Assembly (NCBI GenBank): GCA_963693055.1
Contig: OY843751.1
Span: 3,072,001 to 3,136,000 of the forward strand
DNA: 64,000 nt
Source of the DNA: a bacterium
GTDB taxonomy: Bacteria; Zhuqueibacterota; Zhuqueibacteria; Residuimicrobiales; Krinioviventaceae
Direction: 5' to 3'
In this document: one piece after another, positions 39,717 to 49,662 of the stretch
How the letters are laid out: every line of letters begins with the position of its first letter
Numbering within the stretch: position 1 is the first letter of the stretch
Made by a program: the position numbers and the translations under genes
Notes under the pieces: generated by a model
The model's input: the letters and a program-made list of their open reading frames with translations, nothing else
What the model was told of the DNA's origin: nothing
The model's database searches: none

Positions 39717-40499
39717 TTACATTCCCATAAAATACATAATTATATTCTTACCCAGCAGCAACTGTACGGCAATTATAAATACCAGAACATAAATAATCTT
39801 TGTAAATAATTCCTGAGGAATTTTATTATTTAGCCAAACCCCCAATTTTACCCCAAAGGGTATAAAAACAATAAAAAACAATCCGGTTTTAAATGACTGC
39901 CAGGTTATCAAATCAATTATCAAATACCCGGGGACTTTGAGTAAATTCACTACAGCAAAGAATAAAGCCATTGTAGCAACAAATGTACGTTTGGGTAATT
40001 TTTGCGGAAGCAGGAACATGGTAATAATAACACCGGCAGAGTGTGCTATAGCTGAAAGGAATCCGGCAAGCATACCGGCTAGAAAGCCATGCCACCACTT
40101 GGGTTGATATTGAGACTGGCTTCCTGCACGCGAACGGAGTGTTTGCAAAATCAAAAATCCAATGGCAACAAATCCAATGGTTCTTTTTAATTCAACATCA
40201 GAAATCACATCAACAAACATGGTACCCATGATGATACCAAAAACAGCTCCGGGAATTAATCGTACAAGATTTTTTAAATCCCATTCACCGCGATAATGAT
40301 AGATTGTAAACCAATCGGCAATGATCAACAATGGAAGTAAAAAGCCTACAACAACTTTAGCCGGGAAAACCATACTCAACAGAGGTGTGGTTACAAGTCC
40401 AACACCACCACCAAAACCTGCTTTAGACATTCCAATGAGAATCACTGCAAGCGCGGGTAATAATATACATATGTAGAGTGGAAAATCACAAATCAACAT
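39717..40499 (-). CDS. TauE/SafE-family (sulfite exporter-like) membrane protein
   Basis: GMSKAGFGGG, LPLLIIAD, AHSAG, FFAVVNLLK; about 8 TM segments. Confidence 0.88.
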   Translation of the reverse strand: MLICDFPLYICILLPALAVILIGMSKAGFGGGVGLVTTPLLSMVFPAKVVVGFLLPLLIIADWFTIYHYRGEWDLKNLVRLIPGAVFGIIMGTMFVDVISDVELKRTIGFVAIGFLILQTLRSRAGSQSQYQPKWWHGFLAGMLAGFLSAIAHSAGVIITMFLLPQKLPKRTFVATMALFFAVVNLLKVPGYLIIDLITWQSFKTGLFFIVFIPFGVKLGVWLNNKIPQELFTKIIYVLVFIIAVQLLLGKNIIMYFMGM

Positions 40500-40512
40500 A
40501 AATCCTGGTCTC

Positions 40513-40695
40513 CTACAATGAACGTAAAAATCGCATTAAAAGTTGTATCAAAGGCCAGGCAAAAATCAATACCAGCAATATAGCGACCCATTTAACAACA
40601 GATTTTTGTTTGGGTATTTCGTATTGACATATAGGACAAATGTCATTTGATTCATCAATATCAACTCCGCATGATGGGCATTCTCTCATCGCCAT
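40513..40695 (-). CDS. Small zinc-ribbon membrane protein
   Basis: MAMRECPSCG...CPICQYE plus a C-terminal TM; AAGGAG SD before ATG 40695. Confidence 0.78.
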   Translation of the reverse strand: MAMRECPSCGVDIDESNDICPICQYEIPKQKSVVKWVAILLVLIFAWPLIQLLMRFLRSL

Positions 40696-40720
40696 ATAAA
40701 CTCCTTGATAGAAAAAGTTT

Positions 40721-40749
40721 AACATACATATTTTGCATGAAAATCTCAA
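40721..40749 (-). promoter_or_regulatory. Putative promoter for the zinc-ribbon/TauE/HAD/queA operon
   Basis: TTGAGA-N17-TATGTT. Confidence 0.5.
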
Positions 40750-40818
40750 GATAAAAGTCCTTTTACAAATGTTTGTTAAAGAATCAACAAACAAGAAATA
40801 TGAAAAACAGAACAAGTG

Positions 40819-40847
40819 TTGACAATTGAGAAACAATTCTTTATATT
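40819..40847 (+). promoter_or_regulatory. Putative sigma70 promoter of the aminopeptidase gene
   Basis: TTGACA-N17-TATATT. Confidence 0.7.
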
Positions 40848-40880
40848 GGCAACGCAACGAAACAAAATCTGAGGAAACAT

Positions 40881-41996
40881 ATGAAAGATCCAAGATTAGA
40901 CAAACTGGCAGACGTAATAGTTAATCACTCAACACGCTTAAAACAGGGTGAAAAGATACTAATTGAAGCAATAGACATTCCCGCTGAAATGGTTGTATCC
41001 CTTGTTAGAAAAGTCAAAAAAGCTGGCGGAGAACCTTTTGTTTCAATAAAGCAAAACAAGATATTGCGTGAATTATACAGCCAAGGTACTGATGTTTCAT
41101 TACAGTTAACAGGCGAACTGGAAGCTGAACGCATGGGCAAAATGCAGGCTTATGTGGGCTTGCGAGGTTCACACAACATAGCTGAAATGTCTGATGTCCC
41201 TGCGGACAAAATGAAACTTTACCAAAAATACTGGTGGGAACCGGTACACATTAACATTCGTGTTCCCAAAACCAAATGGGTTGTATTACGTTGGCCCTCC
41301 TCTTCTATGGCTCAACAGGCAAATATGAGTAGTGAAACTTTTGAAGATTTTTATTTCAACGTTTGTACTCTCGATTATGGTAAAATGTCAAAAGCAATGG
41401 ACGCGCTTGTTACCAGAATGGAAAAAACAGACAAGGTACATATTAAAGGTCCCGGAACAGATTTAACTTTTTCCATTAAGGATATTCCTGCAATCAAATG
41501 TGCGGGTGAGCATAATGTTCCTGATGGCGAAGTTTTTACTGCGCCGGTCAAAAATTCTGTTAACGGTACACTGTCATATACCGCAAAAACCATCTACCAG
41601 GGTGTTGCGCATGAAAATATAGTACTTGAATTCAAAGACGGCAAAATCATTAAAGCAACCTCAGACAAAACAGACATCCTAAACAAAGTTTTGGATACAG
41701 ATGAAGGTGCAAGGTATATTGGTGAATTTGCCTTGGGTGTTAATCCATATATAACCCAACCCATGCTGGACATCTTGTTCGACGAAAAAATTGGTGGTTC
41801 TTTTCATTTTACACCGGGTGCGGCTTATGACGAGTCAGACAATGGCAATCGGTCAAACGTCCATTGGGATATGGTATGTATCCAAACACCTGAATACGGA
41901 GGTGGCGAAATTTATTTCGACGGAGAGCTTATACGAAAAGACGGTTTGTTTATAACAAACGATCTACAACCACTAAATCCTGAAAATTTGAAATAG
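40881..41996 (+). CDS. Aminopeptidase, M29/AmpS family (intact)
   Basis: NVPDGEVFTAP, IGEFALG, FDEKIGGSFHFTPGAAY, SNVHWD: all metal ligands present. Confidence 0.94.
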   Translation: MKDPRLDKLADVIVNHSTRLKQGEKILIEAIDIPAEMVVSLVRKVKKAGGEPFVSIKQNKILRELYSQGTDVSLQLTGELEAERMGKMQAYVGLRGSHNIAEMSDVPADKMKLYQKYWWEPVHINIRVPKTKWVVLRWPSSSMAQQANMSSETFEDFYFNVCTLDYGKMSKAMDALVTRMEKTDKVHIKGPGTDLTFSIKDIPAIKCAGEHNVPDGEVFTAPVKNSVNGTLSYTAKTIYQGVAHENIVLEFKDGKIIKATSDKTDILNKVLDTDEGARYIGEFALGVNPYITQPMLDILFDEKIGGSFHFTPGAAYDESDNGNRSNVHWDMVCIQTPEYGGGEIYFDGELIRKDGLFITNDLQPLNPENLK

Positions 41997-42004
41997 TTAA
42001 GTTT

Positions 42005-42032
42005 AAGCCCGAGTCTTTCTCGGGCTTTTTTT
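42005..42032 (+). terminator. Rho-independent terminator
   Basis: AAGCCCGAG-TCTTT-CTCGGGCTTTTTTT. Confidence 0.85.
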
Positions 42033-42126
42033 ATCTTATTATTTTTTATTATGAAAAACAGAAAACATAAACATATCGTAATATCTTTAAAGAGATTTAT
42101 TAATTCCAACGAAACAAGGAAACATA

Positions 42127-43170
42127 ATGGCTTTATCATCAGAATATAACCACATTTTGAATTATTTCATTCAAGGAGAATATTTCAAAGCAAGAGAAGA
42201 ACTGGAATCTCTTGTTAAAGCACAACCCGATAATACCACATTTCTTCTTTTACTTGGCAGGTGTAATCTGGCTTTAAAAAACATTCAAGAAGCAGAAAAA
42301 ATATATAAAAACCTCGCTTCTTCCACTGATCCCCAATACATAACAGAAAAAAGTGAAGCTGACCTCATATTGGGGAATCCGGAACAAAGTCTCAAACAAT
42401 TAGAAACACATCTTGCACAAAATACCGGTTCATCTGAATCATTTTTTATTGCTGCTCTGGCAGCTTACAAAACAGGCAATATTATAAAGTCTGATGAAAT
42501 GATGAGACAAGCCGTTAGTTTGGGATTAGAATGGGAAGATGAACTCCCAATCAACATTGTTGTTGAAAACATGTTGTCACTGATCGAGTTCCATGATTTT
42601 GAAAATATATATCTTGATATTTGCGAAGAAATTGATGAAGGAAACGACAGTCCAAATAATCGTTGGTTCGCACTCAACATGCCAATTTATGATTATTTTA
42701 CAGCTCCAAAAGATCAGGAACAAAAATCATTTCAACTATTGGCTCACATTGATCCCCTGGCGTCACCGGATGTACTTGCAAATGGCAATGAGAAATTAAA
42801 AGTTATTCTTAACGATCTGGCAGCCAGCCAAACTGATGCCCGATTTGGTCTTGAAGCTATAAAATTACTGGAAGATAATAACGAAAAAGAACTGGCCAAA
42901 CTCATTCTTGCGATGCTGCTTGATCACTTGGGTCAGTTTAGCCAGTATATCGGATTAAGTAATGAATTTGTCAAAAAATCACAATTACAAAACTTGGTAA
43001 CCGTTTTACCATACAGAATTGCCATTATTATCATGGTTTTATATACAACAACCAACCCCATAGAATCCATGCAATATATGTCTGAAAAAGAAACCAATAA
43101 TACAATCATTAATGGCTTATTAGCAGCTTGTTTGACAACATTTTATCAGGAGATAAAAAAGTATCAATAA
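42127..43170 (+). CDS. TPR-containing hypothetical protein
   Basis: N-terminal TPR-like repeats (QPDNTTFLLLLGRCNL); AAGGA SD. Confidence 0.7.
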   Translation: MALSSEYNHILNYFIQGEYFKAREELESLVKAQPDNTTFLLLLGRCNLALKNIQEAEKIYKNLASSTDPQYITEKSEADLILGNPEQSLKQLETHLAQNTGSSESFFIAALAAYKTGNIIKSDEMMRQAVSLGLEWEDELPINIVVENMLSLIEFHDFENIYLDICEEIDEGNDSPNNRWFALNMPIYDYFTAPKDQEQKSFQLLAHIDPLASPDVLANGNEKLKVILNDLAASQTDARFGLEAIKLLEDNNEKELAKLILAMLLDHLGQFSQYIGLSNEFVKKSQLQNLVTVLPYRIAIIIMVLYTTTNPIESMQYMSEKETNNTIINGLLAACLTTFYQEIKKYQ

Positions 43171-43214
43171 TTGTACTCTTAACTCATTCACTAATATTAA
43201 AGAGGAGGTTGGAT

Positions 43215-44765
43215 ATGCTGGCCGAATTTCGTAATGAACCATATTGTGATTTCAACAAAGAGGAAATACGAAAAGCGCAGCAGGATGCTCTTGCGTTAGT
43301 TAAATCAAAATTTGATAAAGAGTATCCCCTCTACATCAATGGTCAAGATGTAAAAAGCGACAAAACATTCAAGAGTTACAATCCGTCACAAAAAGATCAG
43401 GTTGTTGGCACATTCTACAAAGCCGGAATCAAAGAAGTAGACATGGCCATGGAAGCAGCGTTAACTGCGTTTGAAAAATGGAAACGGGTAGCCCCAAAAG
43501 AACGGGCAATTGTGCTTTTAAAAGCAGCCCAGATTATGCGCAAACGTAAATTTGAAGTCAATGCCTGGATGGTTTATGAAACAGGTAAAAACTGGCTGGA
43601 AGCAGAAGCAGATACATCAGAAGCTATTGACTTTATGGATTTTTACGCCCGGGAAATGATCCGATGGAGTGAGATCAAAGGCGTTCTTCCCTTTACAAAC
43701 GAAGTTCCGCAGTTGAATTATATTCCGCTGGGTGTTGGGGCTGTTATTCCTCCATGGAACTTTCCTATGGCAATTTTAACAGGAATGACTACAGCAGCAA
43801 TTGTAGCCGGTAATACCGTTCTGCTAAAACCTGCAAGCGATTCCCCTGCAATTGGCTACTTGTTGGTTGAGATCATGAAAGAAGCGGGTTTACCCGCAGG
43901 TGTTTTAAATTTCATTCCGGGGAGTGGTAGCGAAATTGGTGATTATATTGTAGAGCATCCCAAAACACGATTCATAAGTTTTACCGGTTCTAAAGAAGTT
44001 GGCCTTCGTATCAATGAATTGGCGTCAAAATTGTCACCAGGGCAAATTTGGGTAAAACGCGTTATTGCGGAAATGGGTGGCAAAGATACTATTGTGGTAG
44101 ACAGCGAAGCAGATCTGGAAGATGCTGCTACAAACATTGTTGCTTCTGCATTTGGTTTTCAGGGTCAAAAATGTTCTGCATGTTCAAGAGCAATACTTGT
44201 TGAAGATATATACGACAAGGTTGTTAATCTGGTTGTAGAAAAAACCAAGAAATTAACTGTAGGCAATGTTGAAGATTTTAAAAATTATATGGGGCCGGTA
44301 ATCAATAAAGCATCTGAAGAAAAAATCCTTTCATACATAGAGCATGGTAAAAATGAGCATACATTACTAACTGGCGGCAAAAAAATTTCAGATGAAGGCT
44401 ATTTTATTGAACCGACGGTATTCAAAGATGTTGAACCTGGCAGTCGTATTGATCAGGAAGAGATCTTTGGTCCTGTATTGGCAATTCTTAAAGCAAAATC
44501 ATTTGATGATGCAATTAAATTAGCAAACAGTACAGAATTCGGATTAACCGGAGCGGTTTATACAAAAAATCGCTATAAAATTGAAAAAGCAAAATCAGAA
44601 TTCTTTGTAGGTAATCTTTATATCAATCGTAAATGTACCGGAGCAATGGTTGCAGCTCATCCCTTTGGTGGGTTTAACATGAGCGGTACTGATTCAAAAG
44701 CAGGTGGATTCGATTATCTGGGGCTTTTCATGCAGGCCAAATCTGTTTGTGAAAAACTGATTTAA
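43215..44765 (+). CDS. pruA: L-glutamate gamma-semialdehyde (P5C) dehydrogenase
   Basis: [54 protein letters not shown]; GAGGAGG SD before ATG 43215. Confidence 0.94.
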   Translation: MLAEFRNEPYCDFNKEEIRKAQQDALALVKSKFDKEYPLYINGQDVKSDKTFKSYNPSQKDQVVGTFYKAGIKEVDMAMEAALTAFEKWKRVAPKERAIVLLKAAQIMRKRKFEVNAWMVYETGKNWLEAEADTSEAIDFMDFYAREMIRWSEIKGVLPFTNEVPQLNYIPLGVGAVIPPWNFPMAILTGMTTAAIVAGNTVLLKPASDSPAIGYLLVEIMKEAGLPAGVLNFIPGSGSEIGDYIVEHPKTRFISFTGSKEVGLRINELASKLSPGQIWVKRVIAEMGGKDTIVVDSEADLEDAATNIVASAFGFQGQKCSACSRAILVEDIYDKVVNLVVEKTKKLTVGNVEDFKNYMGPVINKASEEKILSYIEHGKNEHTLLTGGKKISDEGYFIEPTVFKDVEPGSRIDQEEIFGPVLAILKAKSFDDAIKLANSTEFGLTGAVYTKNRYKIEKAKSEFFVGNLYINRKCTGAMVAAHPFGGFNMSGTDSKAGGFDYLGLFMQAKSVCEKLI

Positions 44766-44771
44766 TCATGC

Positions 44772-44800
44772 AAGCCCTGGACAAATTGTCCGGGGCTTTT
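44772..44800 (+). terminator. Rho-independent terminator
   Basis: AAGCCCTGGACA-AAT-TGTCCGGGGCTTTT. Confidence 0.8.
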
Positions 44801-44938
44801 GTTTATTTTGTGACACAACATGCTACATTTATTCACAGGTATGAGGCATTTTCACACCTGTCATTTCTACCTTCACACCACCAACTAACATAACTCTAAT
44901 AAAATCAAAGAATAATTATTTTCTATATCTCAACACAT

Positions 44939-44955
44939 TTGGCATATATTTTGTA
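44939..44955 (+). promoter_or_regulatory. Possible sigma54 (-24/-12) promoter
   Basis: TTGGCATATATTTTGTA (GG-N10-GT, one mismatch at -12); TGT-N13-ACA element about 120 bp upstream. Confidence 0.4.
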
Positions 44956-44989
44956 ATTAATTTAATAACAAGTAGTAGGAGTTGGGGAA

Positions 44990-45385
44990 ATGAATAAAAA
45001 TATTTTATTTATTACAGTATTGATGATTTTTGTCTTTTGCAGCATGAATGGATATGCAAAAGATAAAGAGTCTAATGTTACGGTTCAAATAACTCAAGAG
45101 AATACAAATCCATTTTTTATTCTGGAAAAAAATGAACAAAACCCATTTGAACAAAGAGTTTTGCGTTTTACTCTGTTAAAACCTGAATCTGTAACATTGT
45201 GCATTTTTGATCTAAAGGGGAACAAGGTTAACACACTTGTAGCTGCGGAATTGGAACTAGGAACACATAATTTTCTTTGGGACGGAAATGATAATATGGG
45301 AAATCCAGTCAAGAGTGGTGTTTATCGATATTCTTTAAAAACCAGAGAAATTGAAGAATCTCATATAATAGCATTTTTACGCTAA
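44990..45385 (+). CDS. Secreted protein consisting of signal peptide plus FlgD-Ig/T9SS type A CTD only
   Basis: NPF...IFDLKGNKVNTLV...GTHNFLWDGNDNMGNPVKSGVY. Confidence 0.8.
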   Translation: MNKNILFITVLMIFVFCSMNGYAKDKESNVTVQITQENTNPFFILEKNEQNPFEQRVLRFTLLKPESVTLCIFDLKGNKVNTLVAAELELGTHNFLWDGNDNMGNPVKSGVYRYSLKTREIEESHIIAFLR

Positions 45386-46081
45386 TAAACTGAGATACGT
45401 TAACAGGTCATCCATTGATCCTTCCCTGTCAGGTTTAAATTTGCTTTTACCCCTATTCTTTTGAAAATTGGTAACAAGAAAAGTACGTATACCAGCTTTT
45501 TTTGCAGACAAGTCATCAATATGGTCATTACCAATCATTAAACATTCACTGGGTTTACAATTGATTTTTTTCAGGATTTCTTCAAAATAACTTTTATGTG
45601 GTTTTGAGCTGTGCATTTCATCAATGCCGGTTATTAAATCAAAATTAAAATCTGTAATCCCTCCTTTTTCAAGCCTGATGTTTATAGCAATTTTGGGAAA
45701 GATAGGCACAGTGGCAACAACAATCTTGTCGGCAATTTCAGCAGCTTTATTCAAACAATCAATTGCACCAGGTACCGGTTTAATAACATCAATAGATCTG
45801 TATTCATTATCATAATATTCTAAAAATAATTTATGCATTTCATCCGGTTCTAACCCTGTATATGTTTTTAATTCATTGTAAAACACATCAATTAAAACCG
45901 TATTTGAATTTTTCATCTTGAACAAAGGGCGACTGGATTTGTAAATAGCATCAATAAAATTTACATTTTTACAAAACGGTTGAATTACGGGGGCAAGAGA
46001 TTTAAAATATGCATCTAAAAAACTTTGCATATCGTTTTCTATAAGCGTGTCATCCAGATCAAAAAGTATAGCGCGAAACAT
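45377..46081 (-). CDS. HAD-superfamily hydrolase
   Basis: FDLDDTL, SSKP, MIGNDHIDD. Confidence 0.88.
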   Translation of the reverse strand: MFRAILFDLDDTLIENDMQSFLDAYFKSLAPVIQPFCKNVNFIDAIYKSSRPLFKMKNSNTVLIDVFYNELKTYTGLEPDEMHKLFLEYYDNEYRSIDVIKPVPGAIDCLNKAAEIADKIVVATVPIFPKIAINIRLEKGGITDFNFDLITGIDEMHSSKPHKSYFEEILKKINCKPSECLMIGNDHIDDLSAKKAGIRTFLVTNFQKNRGKSKFKPDREGSMDDLLTYLSLLA

Positions 46082-46181
46082 TATACATCCTATAAAATAT
46101 TGATAGTTACAATATTAAATAATATAGGCAAAATTACTGACAATACATAATAATTTAAAAAAGGAAGGAAATGAGAAAATC

Positions 46182-46784
46182 TTAATGCTTGATCACTTCA
46201 ACCCAATACAATTCAGGATTTTCATCGATGCCTGTACATTCAAATCCGCCAAGAGTCAACATGTCTTTTAACCGCTTCGAATGTGGTAAAATATCATGAC
46301 TAACGACTCCCTCAAGCGACGCATGCATTTTATTGAGTTTACGACTACAGCTTGTATGCAATACAAGCATCTTGCCGCCTTTTTTTAAAACCCTATACAG
46401 TTCATGAATAGCTTTAACCGGAGTAGGTATGTGTGGAAATACAGAAAAGCATACAATCTTGTCTGCAGACTCTGGTTGAAAGGGCAATGCCATAACATCA
46501 GAACAGGTATAATCGCAATTATTAGAATGAATATGTTGACGTGCAATTTTCAGCATATTGTCTGATATATCTTCAGCCACTACTCTACCCTTTTTCCCAA
46601 CCAACGGATAAAGATGTTGAGTCAAACGACCTGTTCCTGCGCCAATATCCAGTACATAATCACCATCTTTTACCCCAAATTCATTCATATAATGAACAAG
46701 TTGAGAGTTTGGTTTTGCGATATTGTCCCAACGCGCAGCTATTGAATTAAAATATTCACGATGGGTCATGGTCGGTTTCTCCAT
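46182..46784 (-). CDS. Class I SAM-dependent methyltransferase
   Basis: VLDIGAGTG, DISDNML, FSVFPH, RVLKKGG. Confidence 0.9.
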   Translation of the reverse strand: MEKPTMTHREYFNSIAARWDNIAKPNSQLVHYMNEFGVKDGDYVLDIGAGTGRLTQHLYPLVGKKGRVVAEDISDNMLKIARQHIHSNNCDYTCSDVMALPFQPESADKIVCFSVFPHIPTPVKAIHELYRVLKKGGKMLVLHTSCSRKLNKMHASLEGVVSHDILPHSKRLKDMLTLGGFECTGIDENPELYWVEVIKH

Positions 46785-47281
46785 ACCGGTTCATGTTTGA
46801 TACGTTGCAAAACAATGGTTACAAAAAATAAAACAGAAATTATTCCCGGTAGTCCTTTTAATAAATATGCGATTGTTGCAATCCCCGGAGGAAGCCCAAG
46901 CATCTTTGCCAATGGTACTACAGCTAGAAACAAAGAAAATCGGGATGCAACAAAAGCCAGTAATAAAACCCAAAATACACCAAACCGGGTATATTTATAT
47001 ACCAAACCACCAATCAGGGTCAAGGTGAACAATTCAATGATCATAATATAAATAATGGGTGGAGAAATTGGAGGCATACCAGTCAAAAGAAATGACAAAA
47101 TAGGTGTTAAGACACCAACACCAATTGCAAAATAAAGAGGTAAAAAAAACAAAGAAGCAGCTACGGGCCAAAACATGGGTAAGAAAATATTGGCAATACC
47201 GGCTGCATGAAAAACAATCGGAAACAAAACACCAAGCGCAATAAACATTGCGCTCAGTGTTAAATATCTGGAATTTGACAT
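46766..47281 (-). CDS. ECF transporter S-component-like membrane protein
   Basis: LTLSAMFIALGVLFPIVFH, FLPMFWP, TPILSFLLTGMP; about 5-6 TM segments. Confidence 0.8.
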   Translation of the reverse strand: MSNSRYLTLSAMFIALGVLFPIVFHAAGIANIFLPMFWPVAASLFFLPLYFAIGVGVLTPILSFLLTGMPPISPPIIYIMIIELFTLTLIGGLVYKYTRFGVFWVLLLAFVASRFSLFLAVVPLAKMLGLPPGIATIAYLLKGLPGIISVLFFVTIVLQRIKHEPVWRNRP

Positions 47282-47283
47282 GC

Positions 47284-49131
47284 CTAGATTCCTACATTCA
47301 TATCAAACATTAAAGTTCTGCCAGGCATAGGATAACCATAAACTGTCTGATATTCAGCATCCAGTAAATTTCTGGCTGATACTTTGAAACTGATAAAAGG
47401 TATAGGAGGATTAATCAATGCTGATACATGTAAAAGTGTATAATCTTCCATAGGAGTCAAACGATTATCACTTCCATATATATCCATTGCGTGTACAACG
47501 GTTGCTGATAAACTCGTAAATGGCAATGCATAAGATGCAGTTGCTGACAGCTTTTTACCAGGTGTTTCACGAGTTTCATCACCCAAATCGAGTTTTGCCC
47601 AGTTGGTAGTAATATTCAATTTTTCAATGGGCAACCATTTAACAGAAATTTCGTAACCGGAATGGGTAAATTCACCGGAATTTGTAAAGCTTGGTCCGGT
47701 TTGGCCCATTACAGTTCTAATCATGTTTTCACCTTCTGAACGAAATAAACTTGCTTCTACATTTAAACTATTGCCAAGATCCTGGCCTACTCCAACTTCA
47801 TAGTTCCACATACGTTCAGGATCAAGTTCTTCGTTTCTGGGGGGAAAGACATAAAGTTCACGGATTGCAGGGCTTCTAAATCCTTTTGCTGCTGACATTC
47901 TTAAAGATGAATGAGTTAAAGGACGAATCACCAAACCAACTTTGGGTAACAATTCTTGTCCATATAATTCATGATTTTCCATACGAACACCGGCAGATGC
48001 TATAATGTTTTGCATAATCATTTGCTGAGTATGAATATAGGGAGCCCATTCTGAAATTGAATGTTCGGAATAATCAATATATCCAACCTGTCCTAATGAT
48101 TCTTCAGCATCACCACCATATTGTTTTACATCAAAACCAGCAGTGGTCATATTGCCGGTAAAAGGCTGAATATTGTGGTAAAACATAACACCAATGGTTT
48201 GATCATTTGAACGCCATCCATCATAAATTTTGTGCTTGCCAAAATTTCCATGGAGTTTTAAAAAGGATTCACCTAAACCGCTCTTGTGATCAATAGTCAA
48301 ATCAGCACCTGAGCGTTTTAAATCATACCAGTGATCTATAAAAGGATTTTCTTCAGTACCAGGATCAAACATGTAAATATTTGAAAGATTGGCATTAAAA
48401 GCAATATTGGTAGATCTTAATACCTGATAACTTGCATGAGCAGTATAAAAATCACCTTCATAACCGGAATAATCACGATGTCCATCGTTACTGCGAGTAG
48501 CAGCGGTTACATAATATTCAAAACCTCCAAACTTTCCGCCATGAAATCCAGACAATTTTTGAATTCCAAAATTACCCATACCACCAGAGATGCGGGAAGT
48601 AAAACCATCTTTTTTAACTTTGCTGGATACAATGTTAATGACTCCACCCATGGCATTGGTTCCGTACAAAAAGGAAGCCGGTCCGCGAACAACTTCAACT
48701 CGCTCAACACCATCCAAAGAATAAGCATCAGGGATAGGGTGCCCCATCATACCCATGATATCGGGACGGCCATCTCGCAGCACCAAAACACCGGTTACTG
48801 GAGAACCGCCAACACCACGAATACTGATCCCTCCTGCTGCTCCTGAAGCAACTCCATATCCCATGATGTTTTTTTCAGTAATGTGCACACCAGGGACCTG
48901 TTCACTAACTAATTCGAGAACAGAATTTGTTGTTGCATGATCAATAGCTGCTTGATCAATAACGGTTACACTGGATGCAATCTCTTTTTGTGGACCTTGA
49001 AATTTTGTAGCGGTAACTACTACAGGGTTAAAAACATACTTGACTGAATCTTTAGTACCTACTGTATTTTCAGCGAATATATTAAATGATAAAATAAAAA
49101 GGGTCAATACTACTATTGAAGTTTTTTTCAA
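47284..49131 (-). CDS. TonB-dependent outer-membrane receptor
   Basis: Signal peptide, VVVTAT TonB box, VERVEVVRGPASFLYG...GGVINI plug, NLLD...YPMPGR C-terminus. Confidence 0.95.
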   Translation of the reverse strand: MKKTSIVVLTLFILSFNIFAENTVGTKDSVKYVFNPVVVTATKFQGPQKEIASSVTVIDQAAIDHATTNSVLELVSEQVPGVHITEKNIMGYGVASGAAGGISIRGVGGSPVTGVLVLRDGRPDIMGMMGHPIPDAYSLDGVERVEVVRGPASFLYGTNAMGGVINIVSSKVKKDGFTSRISGGMGNFGIQKLSGFHGGKFGGFEYYVTAATRSNDGHRDYSGYEGDFYTAHASYQVLRSTNIAFNANLSNIYMFDPGTEENPFIDHWYDLKRSGADLTIDHKSGLGESFLKLHGNFGKHKIYDGWRSNDQTIGVMFYHNIQPFTGNMTTAGFDVKQYGGDAEESLGQVGYIDYSEHSISEWAPYIHTQQMIMQNIIASAGVRMENHELYGQELLPKVGLVIRPLTHSSLRMSAAKGFRSPAIRELYVFPPRNEELDPERMWNYEVGVGQDLGNSLNVEASLFRSEGENMIRTVMGQTGPSFTNSGEFTHSGYEISVKWLPIEKLNITTNWAKLDLGDETRETPGKKLSATASYALPFTSLSATVVHAMDIYGSDNRLTPMEDYTLLHVSALINPPIPFISFKVSARNLLDAEYQTVYGYPMPGRTLMFDMNVGI

Positions 49132-49155
49132 TCTGTTTTCCTCCGCGTTAGTGGA

Positions 49156-49575
49156 TTATTTTAAATTTTTACCTGTTGTGGTAGTAACCAGTTTACCGTG
49201 TATCACTCCCTTCATGCCGATGATGGTATCGGCAATTTTACGGACATCTCTGGCTTTACCTCGTACTGCGGATACTTCTAAACAATGATCATGATCAAGG
49301 TGGACATGCATGGTTGATATAATTTGATGATGATGGTGGTGCTCTTTTTCGGTTTTCTTTTGGTCAATCTGCAGATTGTGATGATTATATATAATTGTAA
49401 TGGTACCAATGGTGTCCTGCTCTTCATCTTCCCATTCACTTTTAACCAAAGAGTCACGAATAAGATCACGGATAGCTTCTGAACGGTTCGCGTAACCTTT
49501 TTGTTCTATCAAGCTATCAAATTTTTTCAACAAGTCATTATCTAATGATACACCGAATCGGCTTAGGCTGCTCAT
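49156..49575 (-). CDS. nikR: Nickel-responsive regulator
   Basis: RFGVSL...[14 protein letters not shown] domain; [13 protein letters not shown] Ni ligands. Confidence 0.95.
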   Translation of the reverse strand: MSSLSRFGVSLDNDLLKKFDSLIEQKGYANRSEAIRDLIRDSLVKSEWEDEEQDTIGTITIIYNHHNLQIDQKKTEKEHHHHHQIISTMHVHLDHDHCLEVSAVRGKARDVRKIADTIIGMKGVIHGKLVTTTTGKNLK

Positions 49576-49589
49576 ATCAATTCACCTTC

Positions 49590-49616
49590 GTGTTACGATT
49601 TACAAATTAATAACAC
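49590..49616. promoter_or_regulatory. NikR operator
   Basis: Inverted repeat GTGTTA-N15-TAACAC just upstream of nikR, enclosing the -10 box; matches the deltaproteobacterial-type NikR box. Confidence 0.82.
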
Positions 49617-49632
49617 TAACTATTAAAATCAA
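49604..49632 (-). promoter_or_regulatory. Promoter of nikR operon
   Basis: TTGATT-N17-TAATTT, overlapping the operator. Confidence 0.65.
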
Positions 49633-49662
49633 CACTTTTTTTAAATTAATTATTTCACTTTT

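Noticed and set aside
49132-49662. Cobalamin or NiCo riboswitch for the TonB receptor
   Set aside because: No room and no GC-rich structure; regulation is explained by the NikR operator
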